From NCBI RefSeq assembly GCF_964204645.1, contig NC_134028.1, positions 14,453,653 through 14,517,652 of the forward strand: 64,000 bases of DNA, written 5' to 3'. This DNA is from Tubulanus polymorphus (Eukaryota; Animalia; Nemertea). The position numbers were made by a program, and so were the translations under genes. Numbering within the stretch: the stretch's first letter is position 1; every line of letters begins with the position of its first letter. Below, in pieces: positions 36,305-48,462 of the stretch. The notes under the pieces are model-generated. The model saw only the letters and a program-made list of their open reading frames with translations. It searched no databases and was not told where the DNA came from.

Positions 36305-37762
36305 TTATTTATTTTTTATCATATTCACTAACCCAAAAGTAATAGCACTTACAACTGTAATTAAAAATAAAATAATATGTTCAGCAGCAAAGTTAATAAT
36401 GTTTCCTGCAGATTTCAATATAAAACCAACAATTGATGCAATAATTCCAGGTAATGCTGTAGCAGATTTTTGAGATAGTTCCCATAGATATTTTGCTAAC
36501 TTTTTTAAACCATCCTTAACTTTATCTTGTATAGAATTATTATCATTCGGGGGTTTATCTGGTTTATTGGGAGTAGGAGTAGATTTCAAAGCATTTGATA
36601 TTGCTAAACGTATTGTTGTAAATAACATAGTTACTGCTGTTAGAATTGAAAGAATTGTTATTCCTTCAAACTTAAATAATAATTTTATTCTATCTTTCAA
36701 TGATATTCTAGAATCTGGTTTTATTAGATATATTTTAAAAACATCCTTTAATCTATTAATATTATAATCATATGATTTTAATAATAATTTAATTTCTTCT
36801 TTTTGTAATTCTATGTTATATTCTAAATCATCTTTTTCTTTTCCTAAATATGCATTTCTTTTTCTAAATTCATTTTCATCAATTGCTTTACGATCAAGAT
36901 CAGACTTTAGTTGTTCTATTTCTTCATTTTTATCAGTTAATTCTTTTTCTAAAGTTCTAATTTTAAAATCTCTTATACTTTTATCATGCATAATCTTATC
37001 AGATGCAAGTCTTATACTAATAATTTCTCTTATTGCTTTATCAGAAAATATATCTAAATCTTCTAATTGTTGATCTGTTGCATCAAGTAATCCCTTCGGT
37101 AAAAGTTTTTCAGTTTGAACTTCTCTTGAATTAGGTCTACCAGTTTTGGAAGTTATATTCTGTTCAGAAGTTGTTTCTGGTTCTAAATTATTATCGATTG
37201 TTTCAAATAATTCATTAATTCTTTGTTTAAATACTCTTTCATTTTTAATAATTTCTTCTTGTGTTACATCTTCTATTTCATTACTGTTTCTTATTATTTT
37301 AATTCTAGATAGTAATGAGTCAGACTTAAGCAAAGTTGATTCTGCTAATATTTTGTTTTGTTTTTTATAAGAGATATCAATATAATAATCATCTTTCAAA
37401 CGATAATAATATTCACCATCTAAAAACTTTAATTCTTTTACTAAAAGTCTGGCACCTCTGGCATTTATATTATATCCAGATTCTTCAAATACATGTTTGA
37501 AATTATAAATATATTCATTATATTCTAAATTTCCCTTTAATAAACCTGGATTTTCATTTTCAATAGGTATTCTCGATCTAGTTCTTCTATCAAATTCATC
37601 TGTTGATGGGGCTTTAGAACCACTATCTGCTAAATTAGAATTATATGCTGATTCATTACCATCATCAATATTAGTTTCTGCATCATTATAATCATCATCA
37701 ATATATCCTTCATTATTAATTCCCATTTCTCCCATTTCATAATCTTCTCCGCCTTCTGCCAT
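36305..37762 (-). CDS. 485 aa acidic/coiled-coil protein with C-terminal hydrophobic helices
   Basis: Intact ORF; heptad region then GITILSILTAV and LPGIIASIVGFILK...IILFLITVV. Confidence 0.75.
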   Translation of the reverse strand: MAEGGEDYEMGEMGINNEGYIDDDYNDAETNIDDGNESAYNSNLADSGSKAPSTDEFDRRTRSRIPIENENPGLLKGNLEYNEYIYNFKHVFEESGYNINARGARLLVKELKFLDGEYYYRLKDDYYIDISYKKQNKILAESTLLKSDSLLSRIKIIRNSNEIEDVTQEEIIKNERVFKQRINELFETIDNNLEPETTSEQNITSKTGRPNSREVQTEKLLPKGLLDATDQQLEDLDIFSDKAIREIISIRLASDKIMHDKSIRDFKIRTLEKELTDKNEEIEQLKSDLDRKAIDENEFRKRNAYLGKEKDDLEYNIELQKEEIKLLLKSYDYNINRLKDVFKIYLIKPDSRISLKDRIKLLFKFEGITILSILTAVTMLFTTIRLAISNALKSTPTPNKPDKPPNDNNSIQDKVKDGLKKLAKYLWELSQKSATALPGIIASIVGFILKSAGNIINFAAEHIILFLITVVSAITFGLVNMIKNK

Positions 37763-37789
37763 TTACATAATAAAAAAATTAAAATTTAA

Positions 37790-39169
37790 AATATAATATT
37801 CCTCCGATTACAATTCCTATACAAGTTATAGCTAATTTAGCATTTTCATGGGATTTATTATCATCATTTAGTTTAATTATTTCATGTTGAATAATATCTT
37901 TTTAAATATTTTCTGATGTATTGTAATCTTTTATTTTAGAATCATTATTTAATTTAATATTCTTAGTTTTAGTTTGTGTTGATTGAATGTGTTTTTTAAT
38001 TTTTTCATCTTCCATTAATTTTGGAGCAGTTATAATCTTTTTATTTATATCATTCAATCCAAATGAATTATTTATTGTTGCAGTTTTAATTAGATTATTA
38101 TAACCAATTATTTTTCCCATCTTTAATACTAAATCATTAGAAATAATTAATAGATTAGGGCCTATACAATAATTTAATCTAATATGTGATTTATCTAAAT
38201 AATTTTGATATCTTACAATGTTTTCCGGAATCGATCTATTTTTATCATTATGTATGGAATCTTCAAATAATTCTTTGAATTGTTTCTGTGTATCAAATGA
38301 TGTATTCAAATTTCCAATTATTGGGGATCTTGTTTCAACTTGCGCACCTAAAATACATATCAAATAAGTTCTAATAGATTGATTTATTCTTTCTATACCT
38401 GATTTAGTAAAACCTTCACTATTTTCTAAAATAAAATAAACCCAACCATTATTGTTTTCTTGTTTTAAATGATCATAAAATTTCGGTAATTTTATTGAAA
38501 TTTAATGTTTCTAAATCCTTAGTTTCTATTTAACCATAACCTAATTTATTATTATAGATATTATAAAAACTATTAGATGGTATGGGAAGTGCACAATATT
38601 CTGCAATCTTTTTAGGGCAAGGAAGTGATCTTATTGTTCCAATTTTTGTTCTAAAATCAGAATTATTTATATCTATATTAAATTCATTACAAATTTTATA
38701 AAACTTTGATAAATTAATATTATTATCTAATTCTTTAAAATACCTAGATCCTGGTAAAGCGCACTCTAAATCATTTAATATTATTCTGATTTGAAAGTAT
38801 GTATGAAATCTAAATAAACTTTGAATTAATTTATATTTAGAATTATTCAAATGATCATTCCAACTAATTCCACATCCTGTTGTTGCACAATAAACTGCAA
38901 AATTTAATTGGTTCTGCCAATACTTCATATTAGATTTTAATAACCATTGTTTTTCATCTTTCAATTTTTTAAAATTAATTAAATATACATGAAATATATT
39001 TTCCATCTTTGCATTAAAATTATTAGTTTCAGTAACATAAATTTCTAAATTAGTTAATGAATCTAAAAGTTCATTTCTATATGTAATATCTTTATTAAAA
39101 TCTATTGCAGGAATATTATATTTAATTGATTTATTATATTGGAAAAGCTTTTGGAAAACTATCTGCCAT
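37790..39169 (-). pseudogene. Conserved Polinton hypothetical protein with C-terminal TM
   Basis: ORF pieces 38530-39006 and 37902-38363. Confidence 0.75.
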
Positions 39170-39185
39170 TTATATAATTAAAAAA

Positions 39186-39620
39186 TTAATAATTTACTAA
39201 TTCTTTTAATAATTTATCTTGTTTTTCAACTGTTATATGGCCATTTAAACTTATTATATAATCTAGTGTATTCTTTAATTTATTAATTTCTTTTATATTA
39301 GTTTTAATTTTTTCTTTATTACTTTTTATATTTAATTTTGAACTTATACCAGTTAATACACTTGAACTTAATCCTAATACACCAATTGATATAGCTAAAG
39401 GTGTTAATGGACTGAATATTGCTAGAAATGTTATTACAGAACTAATTGTAACCGAACCACTTATAATCAAATAATATATAATTTTACTTTTTAAATATTT
39501 TTTCTTTTTAACTTTTAAGTCACTTTCAAATTCTAATATTTGTTTTTCTAAATATGTTTTTAATTTAGTTTTACTGATATCATGAGGAATAATATCAATA
39601 TTATCAACTTTATCTTCCAT
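39186..39620 (-). CDS. Coiled-coil two-TM small protein
   Basis: Homolog of 27658-28092. Confidence 0.7.
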   Translation of the reverse strand: MEDKVDNIDIIPHDISKTKLKTYLEKQILEFESDLKVKKKKYLKSKIIYYLIISGSVTISSVITFLAIFSPLTPLAISIGVLGLSSSVLTGISSKLNIKSNKEKIKTNIKEINKLKNTLDYIISLNGHITVEKQDKLLKELVNY

Positions 39621-39640
39621 TTATTTAGCAAAAAAAATTA

Positions 39641-40063
39641 CTAATTAGTAAACTTATACGCTACAAATATAACAATAACAGTTCCACCTAAAATCCATAT
39701 TATTTCATATTTCTTCTGTTCATTACTTGGTGTATAATAATCTGATAATTTAGGTTTGTATAGATGTCATTTTTCTTTATTTGTTACCGCGTTATATAAA
39801 CTCATTGCATCATCAACTGATTGAAAATCTCTATGTGAAATCTTCTGATCATATAATTCTTTGTTAATATAATCCATATAGTTTTGTCGTTTTTCTCTAT
39901 ATTCTTCTGCTGCTTTATTTTATTTCTCTAATGCTAAGTTATGTCTTCTTTGTTCTCCTAATGAACTATTTTTATCAATATGCTTGAATAAATAACCACC
40001 ACCAGTAAATTCTGAAGCGTTAACAATTGCCGATCCTATAATAGTTATAACTGCAGAAGCCAT
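39641..40063 (-). pseudogene. Amphipathic/TM small protein with nonsense mutations
   Basis: Homolog of 28112-28534. Confidence 0.7.
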
Positions 40064-40087
40064 TTATTTAGTAAAATAATTATGCAT

Positions 40088-40309
40088 TTATATGGGAGGA
40101 ATATATTTATGTTTTTCTAAATAATCAATAGTTAAATTAGATAAAGTAACGGCTAACGTTAATTTTAAAATATCATTAATATCAAATCTATCAACATTAA
40201 CACATCCCATTTTAAATACTTTTTTTGATACCATTGAATAACCAACAGTTCCAACTGATAGTAATGCTCCATTATATAATCCAGTTATTATCCACTTATT
40301 ATCACTCAT
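40088..40309 (-). CDS. 73 aa hydrophobic protein
   Basis: Homolog of 28559-28780. Confidence 0.65.
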   Translation of the reverse strand: MSDNKWIITGLYNGALLSVGTVGYSMVSKKVFKMGCVNVDRFDINDILKLTLAVTLSNLTIDYLEKHKYIPPI

Positions 40310-40316
40310 TTATTTA

Positions 40317-40667
40317 TCAAAAAAAATTACTATCATCAAAATATTTAGTTAACTTATTTACGATTAATTCAACATTTATTTCATTACTAGTTTCATTTGT
40401 ATATATTTCAATTATTATTTTTTTAATATCATCTATAATAAAATCTTCATCTAATTCATAAAATCTTAAAGATTCTCTAATTAAATTAGTAATCTTTTCT
40501 ACATTTGAAGTTTCTTTATCTATTGTTGTTTCATACTCAAATGTTGTTTCATTAGAAAATGTAATATTTTTGATATGTGTAATTACATCATTAATGTTAA
40601 ATTTCATTTCTTTCTCATGTTTAAAATCAAACCCAAAACATATACTCGGTCCAACAGTTATATTCAT
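40317..40667 (-). CDS. 116 aa acidic hypothetical protein
   Basis: Homolog of 28781-29137. Confidence 0.65.
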   Translation of the reverse strand: MNITVGPSICFGFDFKHEKEMKFNINDVITHIKNITFSNETTFEYETTIDKETSNVEKITNLIRESLRFYELDEDFIIDDIKKIIIEIYTNETSNEINVELIVNKLTKYFDDSNFF

Positions 40668-40683
40668 TTATATAGTGAAAAAA

Positions 40684-41436
40684 TTACTCTCTACATCTTA
40701 TAACTAATTCATATATCACAGGAAAGTTATTTAAATCAATTAAATATCCATTATGTTTTCTTATTTCTAATTTAAACTTATTAAATTTAGGAATGCAAGG
40801 TTTAAAATCACATTCTGTTAAATTATAATTGATTTGAGTTCCAAATTGTTTCACATTTTTTAGCGGTAAAATATTTAGTATACTAGAACTACAAATTGTT
40901 TCTTTAGTTGCTTCGAAAGTTTTTGTAGGCTCGATTAAATTGCAATAAATAGAAAAGTGTGTAAAAGGTATTATATTTGAGCTGCCTTCTGCGTTTCCAG
41001 TAACTGTAAGCGGTTTAATTCCTAACATTTTAGCCAGTGGTTTGTTTACCATAAATTTATGTTGTTCATTAGATATCTTTATTCTAATTTTATTAGTACT
41101 ATCAATTTTATTAATTTAATTTCAAATACAGAAGTGCCCCCGATTTTCAACCGAGCTCTTCTATTAATTTCCTGCGCTAATGATTCTAAATAATATAATC
41201 CTGGTTTTAAAAATATATGAAACCATTTATCTTTATTTCTCATATAAATCATAAACCCTCTATGTTCAAAAGTTTTATCCGATACATTGTAAAAAGAATT
41301 ACATAAACTTACATTTACTAATTTTAAATCAACACAATTCTTAAATTCTCTATCTAATTGTTAGTAAATTATGTGATTTATAATTTGTAAGTCTTCTAGA
41401 ATCAACAAATATTCTGTATTCTTTTAATTCTACCAT
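40684..41436 (-). pseudogene. Minor capsid protein (penton), frameshifted
   Basis: Homolog of 105-863. Confidence 0.75.
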
Positions 41437-41450
41437 TTATTTTACAGATT

Positions 41451-41804
41451 TTATTCAAAATCTATTTCATGGTGCCCTTTTTCATTCTTACCTTTGTATA
41501 TGAAATAGAAATCTCCAGAACATAATTCTTCTAGATCTTCACTTGATAATCTATGAAATCTATCTGGTAAATATGTTCTGAATTTATGTGTATATCCTTT
41601 TAATCCTTCATATTCTAAGTGTATAACTAATTTATCTCCATAGTTATTAGTAACTGTATCAATATTTGTAATTAGATATTTCTTATGAATTGTTAATTCT
41701 GTTAACTTTTTGAATTTATAATCTACAGATTTTACATTTGTGATATCTTTAATTCTATCTAGAAATAATTTGTTTTTCTCACTGTGCGTTTGTTTACTCT
41801 CCAT
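41451..41804 (-). CDS. Small OB-like protein
   Basis: Homolog of 881-1231. Confidence 0.6.
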   Translation of the reverse strand: MESKQTHSEKNKLFLDRIKDITNVKSVDYKFKKLTELTIHKKYLITNIDTVTNNYGDKLVIHLEYEGLKGYTHKFRTYLPDRFHRLSSEDLEELCSGDFYFIYKGKNEKGHHEIDFE

Positions 41805-41833
41805 TTATAATACATATTTTTATTAAAATTTGA

Positions 41834-44800
41834 TTAACACGTTAGAATTCTTTTCATTATCTCGTTCTCTTTTGTTTCTTCTCTTTTAAATTTTAAGTAT
41901 TCATCTAAATTACAACCATAAGCAACTGTATAAATTCCATCATCTAAAATATATCTTTTTTCATCAAATGGGTTTAGACTTATCTTTTCAATTTCTTCAA
42001 TATACATTTCATGATCTTCAGATCTTAAACATCTCATCTTATGTTTTCTAACTTCTTCATTGAATATACAATTGATGTAATCTTTGAAATGAATATTCTT
42101 TTCTACTACATTTTTGGTTATTCCTTTTAACTTTTTAGCTTCGTGTTCTTTAGTTTTATATGAATACATTTTAGATCTAATACCTATGAACTCTATCATT
42201 TCTTCACCACCTAATTCATCCTTAAACTTCCCTGGAACTTTTTAATTATCATTGCTAAACAATTCATGATCTTTAGGATAGTTACTAAAATCAAAATGAT
42301 GTTTTAATGTTTTTAAATCATCTGTTATGTTATCAGTTTTTATCTTTAATATGTAACTGTCAGTATCAAAATATAATATTTCTATATGTTTTTCTCCAAA
42401 AAGTGGTTGTAATACATTATAATAGAATTCATACATTAGTAATTTTGATAATTCTAAAACTGAAGCGCCAACATAGATTGGTTTATTAAATTTCATTGAT
42501 GTTCTTCTCATTTTAACTGCGGCTAAATTTTCATCAAATATTCTGTTACCAATGAACTTAGGATATGATTGTAAATGTCTAATTCTTTTACCATTACTAA
42601 CTAACTCAATATCATTTCTATTTCTAATATTTTCACAAGTCTTACCATAGAATGCATTGTTCATTAACTTGAAGAAATCTTTCTCGAAATCAGTTTTAGC
42701 TTCAGTTCTCTGTTTGGTGTTAAAATCTATATATTTTTCTAACCACTTAGATTGACTAAATGAAATATATCTATGTACTTTTTTTAGAACCATTCCTTGT
42801 TTTAGATAAAACTTTAACATTCTATAATGTACTTCATAATTATATTTATCTTCTTGAGTTACCATTAACTTTTCTGTATGAATATGATTTTCGGGTTTAA
42901 TTCTTTTTTGATAATTTGATAATTCTTCATGAGTTACAGTTTTATGTTCGGGACAGTAAGCTAGATTTCTAGATTTAAATTTTTTATCTTCAGGATATTC
43001 TAAATCTACAACAAAGAAGTAACCAGTAACTGAATCATCTGCAATATCTAGAATTCTTTTCTTCCAATCAAATTTATCATTATTTTCATTCTGTAAAACT
43101 TCACTTATTTCAAATACTCCATAAGGTTGTGGTTCCATCATTGCCCAACCATACAAATTATTTGCATCTATATATAATAACTTATATCCAGGGTTATCAT
43201 TTACAATGAAATATCTATCACCTAATACACCTGAAACTCCTCCTCTTATAGATTTTTCAAATAATAGTAATTGATCTATATTTGTTAACAAATCCATTTT
43301 TATATCTGTAAATTTTAATCCACAATCCCATGTTAATCCTGGTGATGAATAACAATGACATGGATCAATATTGAAATATTTTAGGTTTACATCTCTAAAC
43401 CTATCGAATATATCGGTTAATAATAATACATCTGATTTTAAATATAAATCTACTAATTGTCCATGATTTTATTTTGAAATGATTCCAAATATTCAATGTT
43501 CTATTATATACTTCATCTTTAACATATTCATTTTTTAATTCATCATAGAATTGTTCTTTTAATAATTCAGTTATGTTAAAATCATTATGTGATTTATAAA
43601 ATGAATATGGAATTGCGCCTTTATATCTCATTAATTGAAAATCATCATTATTTGGGTAGTGTTGCTTTAATATTTTTAATTCATCATCAACTAATGATTT
43701 TGATAAGTTATCTAATGAACTATTTAAAAATCTATATGAATCTATAAATCTTAGGCAACCAAATTGGAATGATATATAATTCTCAGATGTTTTAGCTAAC
43801 ATTCTAAATTTATACGTTGGTATTTTATCTTTTGATCTATTTGAATTTAATCTTTCTATTTCATTATTAATTTCTTCTATTTTATGATATAACTGTTTGA
43901 TGAATAAATGTGCATCATATCTTGATAGATTATGAAATATAACTGGTACAAAGTTAATTTTCTTAGCATATTCTCATGTGCAGCGCCTCTAAACTTTCCA
44001 TTCAAATGATCATGGTCTCTTACTTTTTTATCTTTAAAATTAAATATCTTTTCACAATATTAACATTTTTCTGCAAACGCAAATTCTTCTTTATCTTCTT
44101 CTGTCATTATAATTTCTATATTTGTATTCAATAATTAACTAAATCTTATTTCATATTCAATCAATAAGTCACAAAAATGATTGATAACATTTTCATTTCC
44201 ATAATGATAATATTCACTTTCAATTAGTTCTGGATAATCAGATTTTATATATAACCCGAAAGCCGCAGCTGATTGATGAATCTTTTTAATTGTATTTGTT
44301 ATTGGTGGTTCATCTAAAAAATCATTTTCATTAGAATTTAATTTCTTTCTTTTATAATATATTTCTTTTCTATCTTGATCAGTTAGTTCTTTATTTAATG
44401 ATTCAAAATCACCATATATTACAAATGGTACTTTATTTTTGTAATCATATTTTTTGAATTCTAATATTTTATTTTTTCATTTGGTAAAACTAATTTACAA
44501 TAATCATGATTTTCACATAATTGTTTATGATTTAATAATGCACTTTCATTACTGAATCTATGTAAACATTTTCTACAAAGATATATTTTATTATCAAAAT
44601 CATTTTCTGATTTAAAAAATAAATCAATTCTTTTAATCCACATGTAATGATTCTCATAATATAATATATCTATAACATCATTTGAATCATAATCTTTTGA
44701 TAGATATAAAGGTTCTAATGTATAATGTTTTATATTGTTACCTTTTGTATTTGGTAACATGTAAAGTCATAAATATTATTTCATCAAATATTAAACCAGA

Positions 44801-45520
44801 TCCTTCAAAATATTTCTCTTCTATTTTAGTTTTTACTTCATTATAACATTTATCTAATTTATCATCTATATGTTGTTTATATATAATATGTTGTGAATGA
44901 GAATTTATATTATATATTGGTTTATCTTCAGATTTTATAAACTTTACTTTAACTGATGTACTAATTTTAGGATATTCAACATCAGTTATTATTTTTATTG
45001 TTTCTTTCATATTTTCTAAATGTTTTTTATTTTCTTCTAATGTTTTTCCTTTATGAAATTTAAACTCGATAGCTGCTGGGCCAATATCACTTTTAAATGC
45101 TTCGGTTATCTCTATATATTTTTTATTATCTAATGAATTAATATAATTTCTTACATCTTCCATGTATGGTCTTTTATTGTTTAATTTATTTCTTATTCTT
45201 GTAATTGTCTTCTGTTTCTTATCATTATCTTTATCAAAATAATCTTCACCTAAAATATCATTATTCTTATTTCTAATATGACTTTTAGATTTTAAATGTT
45301 CTTTATAATATCTTTTATCACTGAATGATTGATTACATGTATCACATTTATATGTTTCTTTTTCATTCTTTAATTCATCTAATTTAGTTTCTAATATATC
45401 ATCTTCATATTCTAGTTTCAATTTACTCTCTAAATGTGTTTTAGTTTTATTGTGTCTTGCTTTTTGGGATTTATCTATATTGATTTTACATGTTGCACAG
45501 TAGTACTTATTTGCTTCCAT
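41834..45520 (-). pseudogene. polB: pPolB of E2, fragmented
   Basis: YIDANNLYG, KLMNNAFYGKT, YFDTDS in 42242-43297; ~345 bp deletion at ~44757. Confidence 0.95.
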
Positions 45521-45599
45521 TTTAATACTAAATGTTTTATTAAAATTGATTTTAGAAGTTATTCATTTATATTTTATTCATATATATGAATATCTTAAG

Positions 45600-45867
45600 A
45601 GTAATAGGGAATATCTTATTTCATATCAAAGGTTGAAAGGGCTAGTGAGTAAAAAATGAAAAATATGAAAATAATAATAATTTCTATTTGAATTAGGAGT
45701 GAAACTCATATAAAATGAAAAATAATTTCGAGTGTGCGAGAATTATTTTTCATTTTATATGAGTTTCGCTACTAATTCAAATAGAAATTGTTATTATTTT
45801 CATATTTTTCATTTTTTTGAGCTCGACCTTTCGACCTTTGGTATGAAACAAGATATTCCCTATTACT
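45600..45867. repeat. Right terminal palindrome of E2 (268 bp, type A)
   Basis: Reverse complement of 12472-12740; apex CGAGTGTGCGAG. Confidence 0.95.
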
Positions 45868-46935
45868 ATTGCTGTATTTTTCCAGGTTAATCGTACTAGC
45901 GTTTAAGAACTGCTAAAAATGTTTTCAAAGTTTCCTGAAATAATTTTCTATAAATTTATATCGCACACCAATTAGATCTGCATCAAATAGATGAGCTATG
46001 TTATGTTTCCCCTTTCTGTGGGTATCCTACTGATGAGGATATAACCACACCCTTTCATTGAAGGAAAATATACCACCATAATGGGTACACTGCTATTAGC
46101 GGGAGAACATCGATACTAAAAACATTTCAATTCTACGTCGTTTCGGTTCCCAGTCAAAGATCCCATAAGATATGCACTGCGCCTGCGCCAATCAGTTGCA
46201 CGCCGATTATAGCGCTGTATATATCAGTATGATATTTTACGCCTAATAATCGTAAGTTTTTGCAGACTCATTTGCAGACTGTCATTGTTACATTATGAAT
46301 AATAATGGTAAAGATGTAGCAGAGCTTCTCCGTTGGAGAATCTTTGTGGAACGGAGCAGCCAACGCTGGCGGTTGTTACACAGACTAGTGTGTCTAGTGG
46401 AACGATCGATAGGTCATGTGCGAAAGCCCGTAACTCGAGGTCGACGGCTAAAAGTTCGAATTATAAGACGAGAAGCAGTAGTGCTAGTACTGCAAGACTT
46501 CTGATAAATATGATACTGTTGTGGTGTTGGAACTCCACCAATGTTGCGGGTATGGATTCTCCACCTATGTTGTGGTTCGTATATCTTCCAGTGCTGTGAA
46601 TCCGGGTTGGGTTGTCCAACTAGCGTCGTGGTAATAATTCCTCTTAACGATGGTGCGAGGACACTCTCTCAGATCAGATCTCCGTCCTTGGTCTTGACTT
46701 CTTACACGGCTCCCAGATATAACTTAACAATTTCTAAAGATATCTTTCGTTTATTTCTTCTTACTAGATGTATACAGATCATTCCCCGGAGCTCTCCCTC
46801 TCTCTCTACTAGATGTATACAGATCATTCCCCGGAGCTCTACTATCTCGTGCTTACAAAAACCTCCCTATTTATATCACTTTCTATTTTGTGACGTGTGC
46901 AGGTCCTCTTCCACACATGGCATGAAATTCATGGA

Positions 46936-47335
46936 AGTAATAGGGGTTTAGTTGTTTCAGGCCAAAGGTCGAACGGTCGAGTTCATTAAAAAACAAAACA
47001 TTAAAAGTAATTAAAAACTATAATATATTTTCATAACCGTGTGCATTTTATATTAAAAACTAAATATTTATTCTAAGATATCAATAATTTAAAAAGCATA
47101 TTGTATTAAATCAATTGGTCGCTCCACTTCGCTACCGCTCCGCGACCAATTGATTTATTTACAATACACAAATTCATATAATCAAATATATTCAAATAAT
47201 AATAATTATTCTATTGTTCAATTGAAATACACACGGTTATGAAAATATATTATAGTTTTTAATTACTTTTAATATTTGTTATTAATGAACTCGACCATTC
47301 AACCTTTAACCTGAAACAACTAAACCCCTATTACT
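46936..47335. repeat. Terminal palindrome of E4 (400 bp, type B)
   Basis: AGTAATAGGGGTTTAGTTGTTTCAGG ... CCTGAAACAACTAAACCCCTATTACT. Confidence 0.95.
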
Positions 47336-47415
47336 CTTAAAATAATCATATAAATGAATAACATTTAAATCATTGAACTTCTAAAATCAATTTTAATAAA
47401 AAATTTAGTATTAAA

Positions 47416-47667
47416 ATGGAAGCAAATAAGTACTACTGTCCAACATGTAAAATCAATATAGATAAATCCCAAAAAGCAAGACACAATAAAACTAAAACAC
47501 ATTCAGAGAATAAATTGAAACTAGAATATTTACAGTTATATTCAGAACAGTTAACAAAGGGAAAGAAATTTATTGAATTATGAAATAATGATCCAAATAA
47601 TGAACAATACGTTGAGGAATTTGATATCAAGGATCTGATGTTTATACTAGAACATGATTCTATTTGA
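47416..47667 (+). pseudogene. Chimeric ZnF/HNH-tail ORF with nonsense codon
   Basis: TGG>TGA at 47581. Confidence 0.6.
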
Positions 47668-48462
47668 GCCTATATACATTCAATGTACAGAGCTATGGAA
47701 TAAATCTATAAATTCACAGCTGTTACAGCTGTTACTATGACGCCGAGACATATGAGTCATTATTACAAACGTGCAGAGAAAATTCTAGAAAGGTGTGCTG
47801 GAACTCTGAATAGAGATGACACATCATAATCAGAAACGTGTAGAATATTCTAGAAAGGCGCGCCGGAACCAGATGACGTGGCATAATCAACGACGTGTCA
47901 TTCTAGAAATCGCCCCGGAAATGAAAAGGCGCTGTAACATTGTGCTCAGGATATTCTATCTTTCGAAACGAAATTAGGAGTTTATAGTTTACAATTATAA
48001 ATCTAAATGTAAGTACTGTTTGTTGTAGTTATTAAGGCTATTAAATATGAAACCTTTAGATATATTTAAGTGTATTTAGTATATCTTTTAGATAGCTAGA
48101 GTTACCGCTAATATCTTTTAGATTAATAAAACGCCATACGAATCAAGAAGTGATAGAGAAACTCAAGATACTCTTTCTGACTGAGGAATTAACAGCAATG
48201 GATATCAAACCAATAGAATCACCAAAAGATCGAAGAAGAAATATAAGAATTTCAAAAACATTAAGACTCCAATGATTAAGTTTAACGTTTGTTGATATAG
48301 TTAAATATTTACCAGCAATTGAAAAAATGTTTGTAATTATAAATTGTATTTATAGAAATCAAATGATGTATTGGAAGAAATGACTGAACAACTTGTATAA
48401 TGTATTGCGTAAATCTACTTGGTGAATTTTTATGTTCAGTCGTTTCAATAATGATTCGTTTC

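Larger units (their letters stand above)
12472..45867 (+). mobile_element. Polinton/Maverick element E2 (about 20 kb after removing nested E3)
   Basis: AGT...ACT termini, ~460 bp TIRs (12472-12933 / 45407-45867), 6-bp TSD ATTGCT at 12466-12471 and 45868-45873; integrase, ATPase, MCP, penton, PolB. Confidence 0.96.

Noticed and set aside
36567-37370. Short plus-strand ORFs antisense to viral genes (also 1541-1914, 18462-18698, 20922-21308, 35776-36473)
   Set aside because: Shadow ORFs of AT-rich coding strands with non-ATG starts and no motifs
46517-46935. Possible LTR (TG start, minus-strand TATAAATA) interrupted by E4; similar impression at ~62390-63050
   Set aside because: No second LTR, PBS or TSD could be identified in the window
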